Positions 13,152-27,054 of a DNA stretch of 64,000 bases are shown here, piece by piece. Location: positions 36,002,016-36,066,015 of the forward strand of contig NC_069001.1 of the NCBI RefSeq assembly GCF_001194135.2, in the 5' to 3' direction. The stretch is from Octopus bimaculoides. Lineage: Eukaryota. The notes beneath the pieces are model-generated. The model was not told the origin of the DNA. It saw nothing but the letters and a program-made list of their open reading frames with translations, and did no database searches. Both the position numbers and the translations under genes were made by a program. Numbering within the stretch: position 1 is the first letter of the stretch; every line of letters starts with the position of its first letter.

Positions 13152-13851
13152 TACACACACACACATGCACACTCACATTTATACACATGCTGGCACCACA
13201 AACACACACGTACACATACCATACACATATATAAAAACACACATGCACACATATACAAACATGCGCACACATATACGATTACATAGGTATACACACACAC
13301 ACACACACATATACAAACACATGCACATACATACATATGCAAACATACACACACACACACACACACACATATAAGACAACATACGTAAACACACACATAT
13401 GCAAAGACGTGCGCACATGCTCGTGCATACAGACACATATAAAAAAAAACACACCCACACGCTCAGCCCCGTTCGCCACCCCTTCCCAAACNNNNNNNNN
13501 NNNNNNNNNNNNNNNNNNNNNNNNNNNNNNNNNNNNNNNNNNNNNNNNNNNNNNNNNNNNNNNGCTACATGCACACCAATCTAAGAGGTGGGGCAGCAAG
13601 GTTAACTGTTTATCGATCAGCAAACATTGGACTGTGATTCCTATGTCTGACTCACTGATGTCACATTGAGCTTTGACTCATCCCTCCTAAACACACACAC
13701 ACACACACACACACCCTATTCTACCCCACTAAACTCTCTACCCTTCCCCCACCAAAAACCAATAACTAGTAATTAGTACTACTACTACTACTATTACCAC
13801 AATTTTTTTACCATAACTATTACTATTGGAAGAATTGTTAATATGCTAAGA

Positions 13852-14215
13852 CGGTGAGCTGAGTTCAAATTCCGCCGAGGTCGACTTTGCCTTTCATCCT
13901 TTCGGGGTCGATAAATTAAGTACCAGTTACGCACTGGGTTCGATGTAATTGACTTAACCTCTTTGTCGGTCCTTGTTTGTCCCCTCTATGTTTAGCCCCT
14001 TGTGGGTAGTAAAGAAATAAGAAACATTAGTGGTATTTCGTCTGTCTTTACGTCCTGAGTTCAAATTCCACCAAGGTCGACTTTTCTTTTCATCCTTTCA
14101 GGGTCAATAAAATTAAGTACCTGTTGCGTACTGGGGTCAATCTAATCGACTGGCCCCACCTCCCCCAATATTTCAGGCCTTGTGCTTAAGGTAGAAAAGA
14201 TTATTATTATTATTA
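13852..14215 (+). mobile_element. SINE family B, two adjacent copies
   Basis: Same gagttcaaattcc...gtcgactttgcctttcatcc motif twice; the first copy retains CpGs. Confidence 0.85.
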
Positions 14216-15336
14216 CTCAGTGGACTGCTCCAAAATATCCCCAGCCTCTGACCGATTAACCTTGTGAGAGAGCAGAACTATGTGACGGTTCAATCTGCTA
14301 GAAAGAGCAGCTAGTTGTCCCTCAAATCACACCTTACAAAATCAATAACTAGTAAATATCACCTTTTCCTTATACTTGAAGCTGATGAATCATTCTGTCC
14401 ATACTCAGAATTGCACACTACATGTGATCATCCATGTGGCAAAAAGTTATCAACAGATGATTGCACATAGAAAGGAACACTGAGTAACAAGGAAGTTAAT
14501 GAATAAATAAACTCTGTCCAAGCATGTATGCACACGTGCACGTGTGTGCGTCTGTGTGAGCATGCATGCTTGGAGGTACAAACAACAAAAAAGAATACTT
14601 TATACATCTGGTAGAGTTTTATTTGAAATGGCTCTGAAGAAGCTATAAGATATCAGATGAGCACTCGGCTCTGGATGCACATTTACTTGTAGCAGAAACA
14701 CATGTAAGCTAATGAAAGTGATTACATAACTCATGCTTTTTCTCATTCTTTAATTGACATATCTATTCCTATTCCTCTATCTATCTATTTATATGTATGT
14801 CTGTATATATATAGAGAGAAAGAGAGAGACAGACAGAGAAATCAATACAATATTGATGAATAAGTTTATAGCTATATATTGAGGGATATATAAAAACTGA
14901 AGTAAATATTTTTGAATGAAGAATTCAAATATTAATGGGAGTTAATTTTCTTTTTCATAAAAAAGACGTTGATAGGGACTTTGAAGTTCTGGTGCAATTC
15001 ACTTTTTTGCAAAGATGTGAATTTGTAAAAAACAGAATTTCACCTTTTTTTACTATGTGTATGAGTGCATATGTATGATGGTGATGGTGATGATGATGAT
15101 GGTGGTGGTGATGATGATGATGATGATGATATATATATATATATGTGTGTGTGTACGCACACAAACACACACACACATGAAAAAGACGCAGCACTAGTAT
15201 ATGTGGATGACAATATATACATATTTATATATATGTGTGTGTGTGTGTATGCACACATATATCTATAGATATATATACAGGCACATGTAGACATACATTC
15301 ATGTAGATAGTTAAAGAGATAGACAGCATTTATATG

Positions 15337-15367
<31 letters not shown>

Positions 15368-15624
15368 TTGGTTCCATTAACTGACAAATCTCCTGGAAAT
15401 AGATTCCATGTAAGGTATTAGCTAATTCCGTTTTGTCTCCTGCTGGGACAATTCTCACCCCAAAAAAAAACATGATTAACTACAGACATAGACATGTAAT
15501 CTGAAAACATCAATTTTGGTGAATTCTTTCAAATGCACTCCATGTCCACACACACACACACACACACACGAATGACGTAAGTGCCATTTCTTCATTAAGA
15601 TTTAGTGGTGTTGTTAGAGCACAA

Positions 15625-15984
15625 AACAAAACCCACTGCAGTATCTGTTCCAGCTCTCGGGGTACTGAGTTCAATTCCTACCAGTTTCAACCTAGCTATT
15701 TTTATTTTGTTGGGGTTCAATAAAATAAACTACGAACCCAGAATGGTAAATTGACAGAATTATTAAAGTATCTGACAAAATTCCTTGTTGCAAAGTCAAC
15801 GCTTTGCAGTATTTCTTCCAGCTTATTACTTTCTGAATTGAAATCCCACCAAGGTTAACTTTGCCTTTCATCCTTTTAGAGTTGATGAAATAAGTACCAG
15901 TTATGCACTGGGCTTCAATGTAATCAACAAGTCCCCTCCCATAAAATTTCAGGCCTTGTGCCTTTAGTAGAAAGGACTATTATA

Positions 15985-16016
<32 letters not shown>

Positions 16017-16264
16017 GAGGATGACGATGAAAGTGGTGAGCTGGCAGAATCATTATGAAGCTGGGCAAAATGCTTACAGGAATTCCAACCATCTTTATGT
16101 TCTGAGTTCAAATTCCGCTGAAGTCAGCTTTGCCTTTTGTCCTCTTAGGGCTGATAAAACAAGTACCAGTTGAGCACTGGGGTCGATATAATTGACTTTC
16201 CCCCTCCTCGTGCCAATATTTGAAACCATTATTATTATTATATTATTATTATTATTATTATTAC

Positions 16265-16310
<46 letters not shown>
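15625..16310 (+). mobile_element. SINE family B cluster (one fragment plus two copies)
   Basis: Repeated family-B motif with (ATT)n tails. Confidence 0.8.
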
Positions 16311-16312
<2 letters not shown>

Positions 16313-17284
16313 GATGATGATGATGATGATTTAATGAGTTCACTCTTCAGTTTTTAAGATGATAAGATAGGATTTTAAGTAGTGTTGTTGACATCTATTT
16401 CTAGCAGAATCAAAAACCACTTGATGGCAGCTCTTTTGTCGAACCAGTTATATACTAAAGTCAATACAATTGATTCTACACCCAACCCCACCCGATATCC
16501 ACCCCACCCGCTCACTCACTGTTTGTCTCGGTTCTTTTTACTAAATTTGGCCAAGCGCCACAACCGCCAGAAAGAAAGGAAAAATAAAATAAAAAAGAAA
16601 ACCCAACTCGGTAGATTTTCATTTTCATTCATTTTGTAAACATATGTTTTACTTCAACGAGGATGGGAAGCAGATATTTTTCAAAGAATTTGCATCATTA
16701 ATAGTTTTATGATAAAAAAAAATAAATAAAATAAAATTGAGGGAAGATGGGTGGGGTAGATATGTTTAAAGGGTAATGAAAAAACAACAAAAAACACAAA
16801 CAAACATTTCTGAATTAAACAGACATTTGTGCTTTGGGTGGAGATTATTTTTTTCAAAATATTTAATCAGTTACTCTAAATTACACATTACTCATTCAGA
16901 TGTAACTTATTATATTATTATTATCATTATCATTATTATTATTATTGTTGTTGTTGTTGTTATTGTTGTTGTTATTAAGGGCAGCGAGCTGGCAGAATCG
17001 TTAGTATGCTGGGCAAAATGCTTAGTGGTGTTTTGTCCATCTTTACATTCTGAGTTCAAATTCTGCCAAGGTTGACTTTGCCTTTTATCCTCTTGGGGTC
17101 AGTGAAATAAATACCACTTGAGCAATGATGTTGAAATAAGCCAGAGGGTTCCCAACCTGAGGTCCTTGGACCCCTGGTGGTCCGCAGACTAAACTAAATT
17201 CAAAATTTCATAAATATACATACATATACATACACACACACACACACAAACACACATATATATATATATATACATACATAAGTG

Positions 17285-17732
17285 CAGAAGTGGTTGTGTG
17301 GTAAATAGCTTGCTTACCAACCACATAGTTCTGGGTTCAGTCCCACTGTGTGGCACCTTGGGCAAGTGTCTTTTACTATAGCCTCAGACTGACCAAAGCC
17401 TTCTGAGTGGATTTGGTAGATGGAAAGTGAAAGAAGCCCATCGTATATATTTATCTATCTATATATATTTATATATATACATATATATATATATATATGT
17501 ATATATATGTATGTATGTGTGTATATGTTTGTGTATTAGTGTTTGTCCTCGTAACATCGCTTGACAACCGATGCTCATACATTTACATTCTTATAACTTA
17601 GCGGTTGGGCAAAAGAGACCGATAAGAAAAGTACCAGACTTACAAAGAATAAGTCCTGGAGTCGATTTGTTTGACTAAAGGTGGTACTCCAGCATGGCCA
17701 CAGTTAAATGACAAACAAATAAAAGAACAAAA
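17285..17732 (+). mobile_element. SINE family C, full length, expanded internal (TA)n
   Basis: Family-C head, body and tail motifs. Confidence 0.85.
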
Positions 17733-17895
17733 ATATATTATATATTGTATATTATATTCTGTATATTAAATATTATATATTGTACATTATATGTTATATG
17801 TTATGCTTTAAGAACAAATACATGATTGGATGTTATGCAGTATTTTAATTCAATTTATTTTATTTTATTCTATTTTATTTTGTTTTCTGTTGCAG

Positions 17896-17948
17896 CTAAT
17901 GAAAAAGTAAAAGATATAAAGTTGAAGCCAAAAACATCAGCCCAAATG
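17896..17948 (+). CDS. Candidate internal coding exon of an unidentified gene: (x)NEKVKDIKLKPKTSAQM, phase 1 to 0
   Basis: Acceptor tgttttctgttgcag after a long T-rich tract; consensus donor ATG|gtaagt; only one frame open; 53 nt. Confidence 0.6.
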
Positions 17949-18035
17949 GTAAGTAAAAATTCCTAAGCTCTCTGTCATTTTAGGGAATTTTACCGAAAAA
18001 GAATTCTCTTATCGTTGGACCATCTAGGTTTTTGT

Positions 18036-18082
<47 letters not shown>

Positions 18083-18188
18083 TACGAATTACTAATACTT
18101 TACAAGAATATAAAAAGAAATTTAAATATATATATATATATGCATAGATATAGGTGTGTATATATATGTATGGATACACATATATACA

Positions 18189-18236
<48 letters not shown>

Positions 18237-18459
18237 TAAATGCTAACATGTATTTGTACGTATACTTATGTATGTTTGTGAGTGTGTGTATATATATATA
18301 TATATCTATATATATACACATATATATATATACATAAATATATATATATGTATGTATATGTATACATATGTGTGTATGTGTGAGTATATACATGAACACA
18401 CAATGTATATGTATATATACATGTATATACACACTTTTATCTGTGTGTATATATATATA

Positions 18460-18523
<64 letters not shown>

Positions 18524-18579
18524 TATACACACATATACATGTATAAGTGTGTCTGTCTGTGTATATATATATATATGTT

Positions 18580-18613
<34 letters not shown>

Positions 18614-18716
18614 TATATACCATGCTTAGACTCACACACACACACACACACATGCAACAAGCGAAAAGGTAACCTCCGCTTGTTTACCTAATCATTACAA
18701 TTCTGTTCTCTTGCAG

Positions 18717-18746
18717 ACAAGACGAAAAGCATGGGAAGATGGCGAG
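18717..18746 (+). CDS. Candidate 30-nt coding exon TRRKAWEDGE, phase 0 to 0
   Basis: Branch-like cctaat, strong acceptor ttctgttctcttgcag, donor GAG|gtgggg (moderate); phase matches the previous exon. Confidence 0.5.
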
Positions 18747-19193
18747 GTGGGGGCGGGCAGGTGGAACACAAGAAAATATCCCCTTCAACTGTTCACCTTA
18801 CGTTTATTTAGCAGATATTTTTTTAAAACTTGTTCAGTATTTTACCGTTTTTTTCATTTACTTCATGACACTTCTTATAATTACTGCATGCTATGTCTTT
18901 GAAATTTATAGGATTCCAAACACGTTTATCTTGGAATAATTGCTAGAATTTGAAGGGAGGAGAGTAGTTTTGGAGTTGTCTTTGGAGAGGGGTATATTTA
19001 AGAATTAATTCCATCGAAAAATATACGTATATGTTTGCATGAATGTATATATGTAAGTATGTACAAATGTATGTTTGGGTATGTATATATATATATATGT
19101 ATATATGTTTATATATGTATGTGTATGTGGATATATATATTTATGTATGTGTGTGTGTATATATATATCTATATGTGTGTATGTGGATATATA

Positions 19194-19224
<31 letters not shown>

Positions 19225-19245
19225 ATATATTTATGTGTGTATGTG

Positions 19246-19279
<34 letters not shown>

Positions 19280-19301
19280 CATGTACCCATATGTGTGTGA
19301 G

Positions 19302-19333
<32 letters not shown>

Positions 19334-19677
19334 CAGGTATATATGTACATATATATATGTGTGTGTGTGTTTGTGTAATGGAGGTACATGACTTAATGAT
19401 TAGGATGTTGAACTAATGAGCTTAAGACTGTGGTTTCAATTCCTCGACTGGGCGATGTGTTGTGTTCTTGAGCAAAACACTTCATTTCATGTTGTCCAGT
19501 CCACTCAGCTGGCAAAAAAAAGTAATCCTGTGATGGACTGGCATGCCATCCAGGAGGTGGAGAATATGTACACCACAAAATCTAGGTAACTGTCCTTATG
19601 AACTTTTGACTTGGGAATGACATTTGTTCGTTATATGTATAGATTTATTATTTGATAAATACGATATGTTTTTATCT

Positions 19678-19843
19678 GCTACTATTAGTTTCATGTGCTG
19701 AGGGCATACTTGAGACATCTGGTGTCCTTGCACAATTATCAGGCACTGCCCACATGGCATATGCCATATTGGCAGTGTCTGATGATTGTGCTTGGACACC
19801 AGACATGTCTGGCATACTCTCACCACATGAAACTAATAGTAGC
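19678..19843. repeat. Spacer-less 166-bp imperfect palindrome (foldback element or hairpin)
   Basis: The 83-nt arms align without indels, about 68/83 matches by hand, outer 20 nt perfect; centre ggcat|atgcc. Confidence 0.9.
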
Positions 19844-20743
19844 ATATAAATATATATACTGTGTTTATTAAATGATATTTATCTCTCACCAGATGGAGTA
19901 CTTCTTTTTATCAATCTTACCATCGCAGAACAGTACACTATATATTTTCTTTAAATCTGATGCTTCTTGTAATGGTCTCTTTTTCCACAAGGCCATTATG
20001 GCCTTCACAACTGGCCAATATGGTCAAGCCTTAAAAGGCCACAGTCAGTGTGTTCTTTAAAACAGAAACTGAGGATTTAGCTTAAAGTGGATTTAGCTGC
20101 TATTTCTAGCATGGCGAGTGACCACATACAGGTGTCCACATTGTTTGTTCTTAGCTTTCAGGTTTTGGTTTGGTTTTGGTCAGATTCTGGTAGAATGATT
20201 GATGAACACTTAACGTGTGGTTGACATGTCTTTACAATATTAGGGGAGACATCCTCTACTAAAGATGTCAGATATAAACGATGATGGTGGTGGTGGTGGT
20301 GCTGGTGGTGCTGGTACTGATGGCGATGGTGAGGATGGTGGTGATGATGATATTGACGATGATGATGATGATGATAACTATGATGATGATGATGATGATG
20401 ATGGTGATGACGGTAGCCACAGCCGTGGTGGTGACAGTGATGACAACCTTCTCTTTCAAAGATGAGAGGGGAACCTGTTGAAGGAAGGTTCGTTTGCTCC
20501 CATGCTGGCTTTATTGAACAGAATAAGAAACTGTGGAGAGAGAGAAAAAGGAAAGGCTCTGCTTGTCTCCCTTGATCATACACGCACACACACACACACA
20601 CACACATGCACACAGACACATACACTCCCTGTGCAGAAGTATATATATGCTAGGATGCACACACGTGTGTGCATGCATGTATAAATACGAACATGCTATT
20701 ATACAGGCAAATATTCGAATACACACACACACACACGCACACT

Positions 20744-20778
<35 letters not shown>

Positions 20779-20883
20779 ATATATATACATATATATATAT
20801 ATCTATATATATACATATATATATATATATATTAGTATTGGGCCTCTATATATTTTCAGAAATACACACACATACACACATGC

Positions 20884-20916
<33 letters not shown>

Positions 20917-21871
20917 TACATTATAATTATATACATTACATACTGACTTACAACCTCTCACACATATACATGCATACATTTGTACTGTGCCCTATATAGA
21001 TATATATATATGTGTGTGTGTATGTGATGTGTGTCTATGTATGTACCTAAATGTGCAAGCATACATATGCATGCATGTATGTTACAACACTTACACACAC
21101 ACACACACATACACATGTGTATATATATATATATATATGTATGTATATGTTAGAACACATACAATTATCTATACCCATATTTGCACACATATATACACAC
21201 GTATGCATATAAAGGGTGAGGAATTGTGGTTCTGAAATCCAAAGGCCATTCTCTTTCATGAGGAACTCTGGTTTGTTACTGTCACAAACAAAACCAATAA
21301 CTGTCACACACACACACAAACACGTACACATATACATACACATACTATAGTACATACACACACACACACATGTATATATTTCTATATGAATATATGTATA
21401 TTTGTGTAAGAATATATATACGTTTACGTGTATGTGTACATGTATGTATGATCTGTATATGTTCATATATATATATATAGTGTGTGTTGCTGTATCTGTA
21501 CGTATAAATAATATATATGTAGATGTGTATATATATAATATATACATGTATATATATCAGGTATACATACATTTGTTTAATGAGAGTTATAGCAACGGTA
21601 CAAAGCATGGATGCCTATATATTACGCATCTAAAGACACATCTACATGTGTTTGCGTTTCTTTGAATGTGTGTGTGTGTGTGTGTGTGTGTAGAAACAAA
21701 GGCAGACAGACGAACGTGTGGACAGACTAAGAGGTGAATAGCCAGATGTAGTTTTATTGCTAATAGTATTCCTACTTCAACTATTCTCCACAATAATATT
21801 GATAATGAGATCAAAGCGAACTGCCAGATCATGTCTTATGGACTCTTGCATATATATACACACACACGCAC

Positions 21872-21909
<38 letters not shown>

Positions 21910-21935
21910 ATGCAAGAGTATATAGATATATGTGC

Positions 21936-21974
<39 letters not shown>

Positions 21975-22154
21975 TACAAATGTATATAAAAATATATATA
22001 CATATGTATATATATATACACACATGCAAATGTATATAAAAATATATATAGATATATATACACCGGAGTAAGCACATGAAATGTGCAACAAGGTGGAAAA
22101 AAGAGTACTCAAATACCAGAGGTAGATATATATACATGTACACATACATATATA

Positions 22155-22202
<48 letters not shown>

Positions 22203-23683
22203 TACAAATGCATATAATATATATATATATATCTACACATACATATCTATGCGTGTGTGTGTGTATACCAATAAATTCTCTATTGTCTATCTACTTTATC
22301 TCTTCCTTTATACACACTGCATGTTCAATTGATGCCACCACCACCACCACCATCAGTGCTATCGTGCCGCTCCTCAAGCCCAACCCTACCAAATACAAGA
22401 ATATGGAAAAATGTCTGTAGAAGGAAGAAGTCTACAGAAACCATATTTACATTTGTTTATTTTATCAAACATTAATATTGGTAAAGAAAAGAAACATTTT
22501 GTTTCATTTGTATTCATTCAACCCACCCACTACCCAGTTCTTGTATGTTTGTTGTTGTTGTTGTTGTTGTTGTTTTGGTTCTCTTGTTCATTTTTCATGT
22601 ACTAGTTCGTTTGTGTGCGGGTTTTTTAGAGTATTTTTTAAAATTTGTTTCTTTCTCTGTTCTTTACTAAAAATTAACCCCCTGTAAATGTTCTTTGAAA
22701 AAATCTTTGTCTGTACGGCATGTGATAAAATAGAATCGATAGATGCCATTGGTAAGGTTTCAGTAAAAAAAAAAGATTTTTTTTTTTTAAATGGGGGAGG
22801 GGAAAAGAAGAGCAAAATGCAAACACAGAGATGTATTGTTTTGAAAGCACCAGTTCTGGTTTGATAAGCATATTTTAGTAATGCTGAAACAAGTTAACGG
22901 GACACTCCATCAGTTACGATGATGAAGGTTCTGGTTGATTTCCTCAACAGAACAGCCTGCTCATGGAATTAACATGCACGTGGCTGAGCACTCCACAAAC
23001 ATGCAGGCCCTTAATGTAGTTCCCAGGGAGGTTCAGCATGATACAGAATGGGACAAAGCTGGTCCCTTTGAAATACAGGTACAACTCATGATAAAAAGAA
23101 GTCCTGTCGTCCAACAGTTCTAATGTTCTTCCAACATTGGTTCCATTCAAAGACATGACCTACAACATTGTTCTGTGACCTTTGTTTCTTGCAGACAAAC
23201 ACCCACGCAGCCTAGCAACAAACACACACAAACACAAACACACACACACAAACACATACACACACACAAACACATACACACATGTGCAGGACTAGACACA
23301 CACCATCAGATGTCCATAAGAAGTAAATTCTCTGCTGACTTTGCCAATCAGCTATAAACAAATTCTTCGAATTTCCAACTACTTAGCATTATATGTGTTG
23401 ACATTTCTTGCTTCAGCTCAGATAATTTCCAAAAACCACCAGACAGATAAAAATATTTGAAAAAAAAAGTAATAAATTTTTCGTATCTTCTTTAATAAAC
23501 TGAGAGGCTGACAAGATGAAAATCACTGTGATTGATTGAACACACATTACATCTATTATATCGTCACTCAACTTATAAGAAACAGCAGTCATGTCTCCCT
23601 CAAGTAACGTTCTTTCTTCATTCATTTCTACATCCATTTTGCCATGCTAGCATGGGTTAGATGGATAGATGAATATCTTAGAT

Positions 23684-24018
23684 TAGTGTTTCTCAAATAA
23701 GGTCAATATGTCCCCTGAGATTTTTGAGGGTTTGTGCAACAATTTAGTAAACTGTGGACCCACAGAAGTATTTTAAGGACCCCTGAAAAATTTTGCTTTA
23801 GATTTATGTATTGGTATATATTGCCAAAAAACTGCTAAATTTCTTTCTCTAACATTTTACATAGTTCAACCTATACAGGTTAATGTCTGGAAAACAAAAT
23901 AGGGATGTGAAAGAAGCATCAATAAAGCTAGTTTTTTAAACACTGGATAGTTATGGGAGTCCACAAGAATAAAATAGTAATCAAAGAGGTCCATAAATAA
24001 AAATAGTTGAGAACTCCT
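23684..24018. mobile_element. hAT-like MITE (degenerate)
   Basis: Ends tagtgtttctcaa ... gttgagaactcct resemble CAGGGGTTCTCAAC TIRs; a related left end cagagggttcccaacc is at about 17142-17200. Confidence 0.5.
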
Positions 24019-24027
24019 TTCCATAGT

Positions 24028-24425
24028 ACTCTTTTACTTGTTTCAGTCATTTGACTGTGGCCATGCTGGAGCACCGCCTTTAGTCGAGCAAATCGACCCC
24101 AGGACTTATTCTTTGTACGCCTAGTACTTATTCTATCGGTCTCTTTTGCCGAACCGCTAAGTTACGGGGACGTAAACACACCAGCATCGGTTGTCAAGCG
24201 ATGTTGGGGGGGACAAACACAGACACACAAACATATACACACACATACATATATATACATATATACGACAGGCTTCTTTCAGTTTCCGTCCACCAAATCC
24301 ACTCGCAAGGCTTTGGTCATCCCAAGGCTATAGTAGAAGACACTTGCCCAAGGTGTCACGCAGTGGGAATGAACCCAGAACCATGTGGTTGGTAACCAAG
24401 CTACTTACCACACTGCCACTTCTGC
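24028..24425 (-). mobile_element. SINE family C, full length and young (CpG intact), CORE-like
   Basis: Consensus ggctgtgtggtaagtagcttgc...ggttcagtcccactgcgtggcaccttgggcaagtgtcttctactatagcc...[internal microsatellite]...gacaaccgatgctggtgtgtttacgtcccc...gactgaaacaagtaaaagag; ccttgggcaagt resembles the CORE domain. Confidence 0.85.
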
Positions 24426-26490
24426 GCCAATTTCACAATTAATAATTTAAAATATTTTATTAAAAATAAAAAACTGTAAATTGATGGCAGTGAATTGAGG
24501 ATGGAGGACTTACAGGACATGCACCTAAAAACTGCGTTAAACACTTGGCCATGTGATCATCCTGTTGGGTTCAAGCACAGTCCCTCTTGATTGTAAAACA
24601 AACTTATCAACTACATACTTTTGTCCCTGATGCTGTGATGGTTCAGAAGTTAGTAAAAACTGTGTTAAAATAGTGGGCGGTGGTGTAACATTTTATAATA
24701 ATGGTAAAGGTGTATTTTTAGCTTTCTTACTTGAAGCCAATTTTTCACCTTTCACCTATCGACTCTGCTCTAAATATCAGATATTCTTCAATTCATACCT
24801 GAAATTCCAACTTTTATGTACCATTCCAGAATTAATCATTAAAGCAGCTCTTTGTCTAGACATTTCTCTCTCTCTCTCTCTCTTTCCTTCTATCTTTCTA
24901 GGTGTGTATGTGTGTGTGCAGATATGTATGTACTTATAAACATATATACACGTCCACACATAGACGCATCACCCCCCCCACACACACACACACACATATG
25001 AAAGATGTTTGTACATCATCATTTAACATTCCTGTTGATTTATATGCACATATATATGAGTATATATATATGTGTGTGTGTGTGTATACATTATACACGA
25101 ACATGAAACATCTGTGTGTGTGTGTGTGTCTGTGTAATATACTTGTTCATCAAACATCTGTATGTGGGTATGTATGCCCTCCACGTGTGTGTGTGTGTGT
25201 GTGTATGCCTATATATCTATATTTGTATATACATTTCTATATGAAAGTTCAACTTAAATATTTCCACTGAATTTTGCCCCCGCTTCCAATAAATTTTCTT
25301 TGTACCAAACCGATTTCAGAATTTACTTTCTCCGACTGCCAATGATTCTCAGAATTCTTTCCAGCCTTTCTTTCTGATTTATTCTCAAGCCGTCCTCAAG
25401 CTACAAGAATTTATCTTTGGCACCTTAAGTTTCGGTTTCGCCTTTTGTTTTGGGTTTTTATCAATATTTATTTTGGGTGTTTTATTTATCAGGTAGAGTT
25501 CAATGTGATTCTAGTTCTTATCTCATTCAGTTTATTGATTTTTTTTCTTTTTGATCTTATTTGTGTTAGGTATTTTTGTTTCTCTCTGTGTCTTTTATTT
25601 TGTTTTTCTTTCTTTCTTATGTTTGTTTTGGGCTGGTTTTGGCGGTGGCGATGGTAGTGTCTTCTTTTACTATAGTGCTTTGTTATTTTGAATTTTTCTC
25701 CAGCTGAGATTTATATATATACACACACATACATATATACATACACATATATACATATATATACATATATAAATGTATATATGCACCGTTATGTATGCAT
25801 CTATTTCTAAATATATATATACACAAACACACACACACATATATATATACATATATACATTCATATCATATTTGTTTTATAGTCTTCACACCATTATTTA
25901 TTTGACTTAAACTTGCCCTATTTGCTTTGGTAAAAGACAAAAAATATGTCTTGTGTGGCATACGTCTGCCTTTTCATTGTTTATGAATACAATACACAAG
26001 TTCTTTGACTGATTTCCATATTTTTACATGGAATAAATTGCCATCAAAACACATCTACTCAAGACTTCTTTCCTTTTTTTTTTGTTTTGTTTTGCCTTGT
26101 ACATAGAAAGATATAGAACAGAAATCAGTTATGGGCTGCTAATACACACACACACACACATACACACATGCACACACACACACACACATACACACATGCA
26201 CACACACTCACATTCTTCTTTTCTTTATGAGACTTTATTGTGAATTCCTGAGAACTTTTGGGTTTCCATTCAAAATGGAGACAAACAGCATTCCTCCCAT
26301 GTTATCGGCTAGAAAAATTGTTAAGATATAAGATACTTTTCTTAACATGAAACCAATGGTAGCCTTAGTNNNNNNNNNNNNNNNNNNNNNNNNNNNNNNN
26401 NNNNNNNNNNNNNNNNNNNNNNNNNNNNNNNNNNNNNNNNNNNNNNNNNNNNNNNNNNNNNNNNNNNNNNNNNNNNNNNNNNTATATATA

Positions 26491-26683
26491 TATACTTTAT
26501 TTAAAAGCAGCAGAAATATCACAAAAACTGTTACTCAGAGTTTCACATTCCTGTTCGTTGGACCGGGAACGTGAAACTCCGAGTAACAGTTTTTTGTTAT
26601 ATTTCTGCTGCTTTTAAATAAAGCATATTACTCTAAGTACTCTTTTTTTCCACTTTGTTTCACATTTATGTGCTTACTCCGGT
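26491..26683. mobile_element. Penelope-like element terminal fragment: two truncated copies fused in inverted orientation
   Basis: Arms 26495-26551 and 26565-26623 are near-perfect reverse complements; the element abuts (TA)n; its distal part recurs, reversed, at about 3888-3965 and 22064-22126; carries a hammerhead-like motif. Confidence 0.6.
26524..26563 (-). ncRNA. Degenerate minimal type I hammerhead-ribozyme-like motif (PLE-associated)
   Basis: - strand reads GT-CCAACGA-ACA(GGAA)TGT-GAAA-CTC(T)GAG-TA-ACAG: stem II, GAAA, short stem III, UH site and stem I 3' strand are present; the core differs from CUGANGA at two positions. Confidence 0.55.
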
Positions 26684-26845
26684 ATATATATATATACATA
26701 TATATATATCAAAGAATATCCCTAAACTTTATACACAGACAGAGGCCACAAATCACTAAGGCCAAAATAAGAATTTTTACATGGATGTTTGACCTGCTAG
26801 AAATAGAAGCCAAACCTGCTGATCTTTTTGTTTTATGCACATATA

Positions 26846-27054
26846 TTAATGCAGACAAATGAATGGTAAAGTATGAAGAGTGGTGCATAATTCGGACAAA
26901 TGTTGATTGAGCTGTTCCAGAGATTGTTCTTTCTCTTCTTTTTCTCTTGCCTCTTGTGTAAATCGAGTAAGTTCATCAATCTTGCTAATTAAAAGTCTCA
27001 AATTCGTGTTGATCTCTTTCAGTTCCTTAAGAGTCTCTTCGTTGAGAGTTTTAA
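26846..27054 (-). CDS. Coiled-coil-like open frame (V)KTLNEETLKELKEINTNLRLLISKIDELTRFTQEAREKEEKEQSLEQLNQHLSELCTTLHTLPFICLH*; possible terminal exon or TE ORF1 remnant
   Basis: Acceptor-like ctttgttgtattgcggtacag upstream; E/K/L/Q-rich heptad-like composition; ends in TAA; not microsatellite-derived. Confidence 0.4.

Noticed and set aside
16404-16610. Phase 2 to 1 exon that would link 10023 to 17896
   Set aside because: Weak donor, and much of the frame comes from low-complexity C-rich and A-rich runs.
19652-19849. Protein-looking ORF VSCAEGILETSGVLAQLSGTAHMAYAIL...
   Set aside because: It coincides exactly with the 166-bp palindrome and is better explained as a foldback element.
23413-23637. 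- strand ORF with TM-like stretches (MDVEMNEERTLLEGD...)
   Set aside because: It starts inside an RTE tail remnant, has no coherent splice pair, and its hydrophobicity is explained by T-richness.
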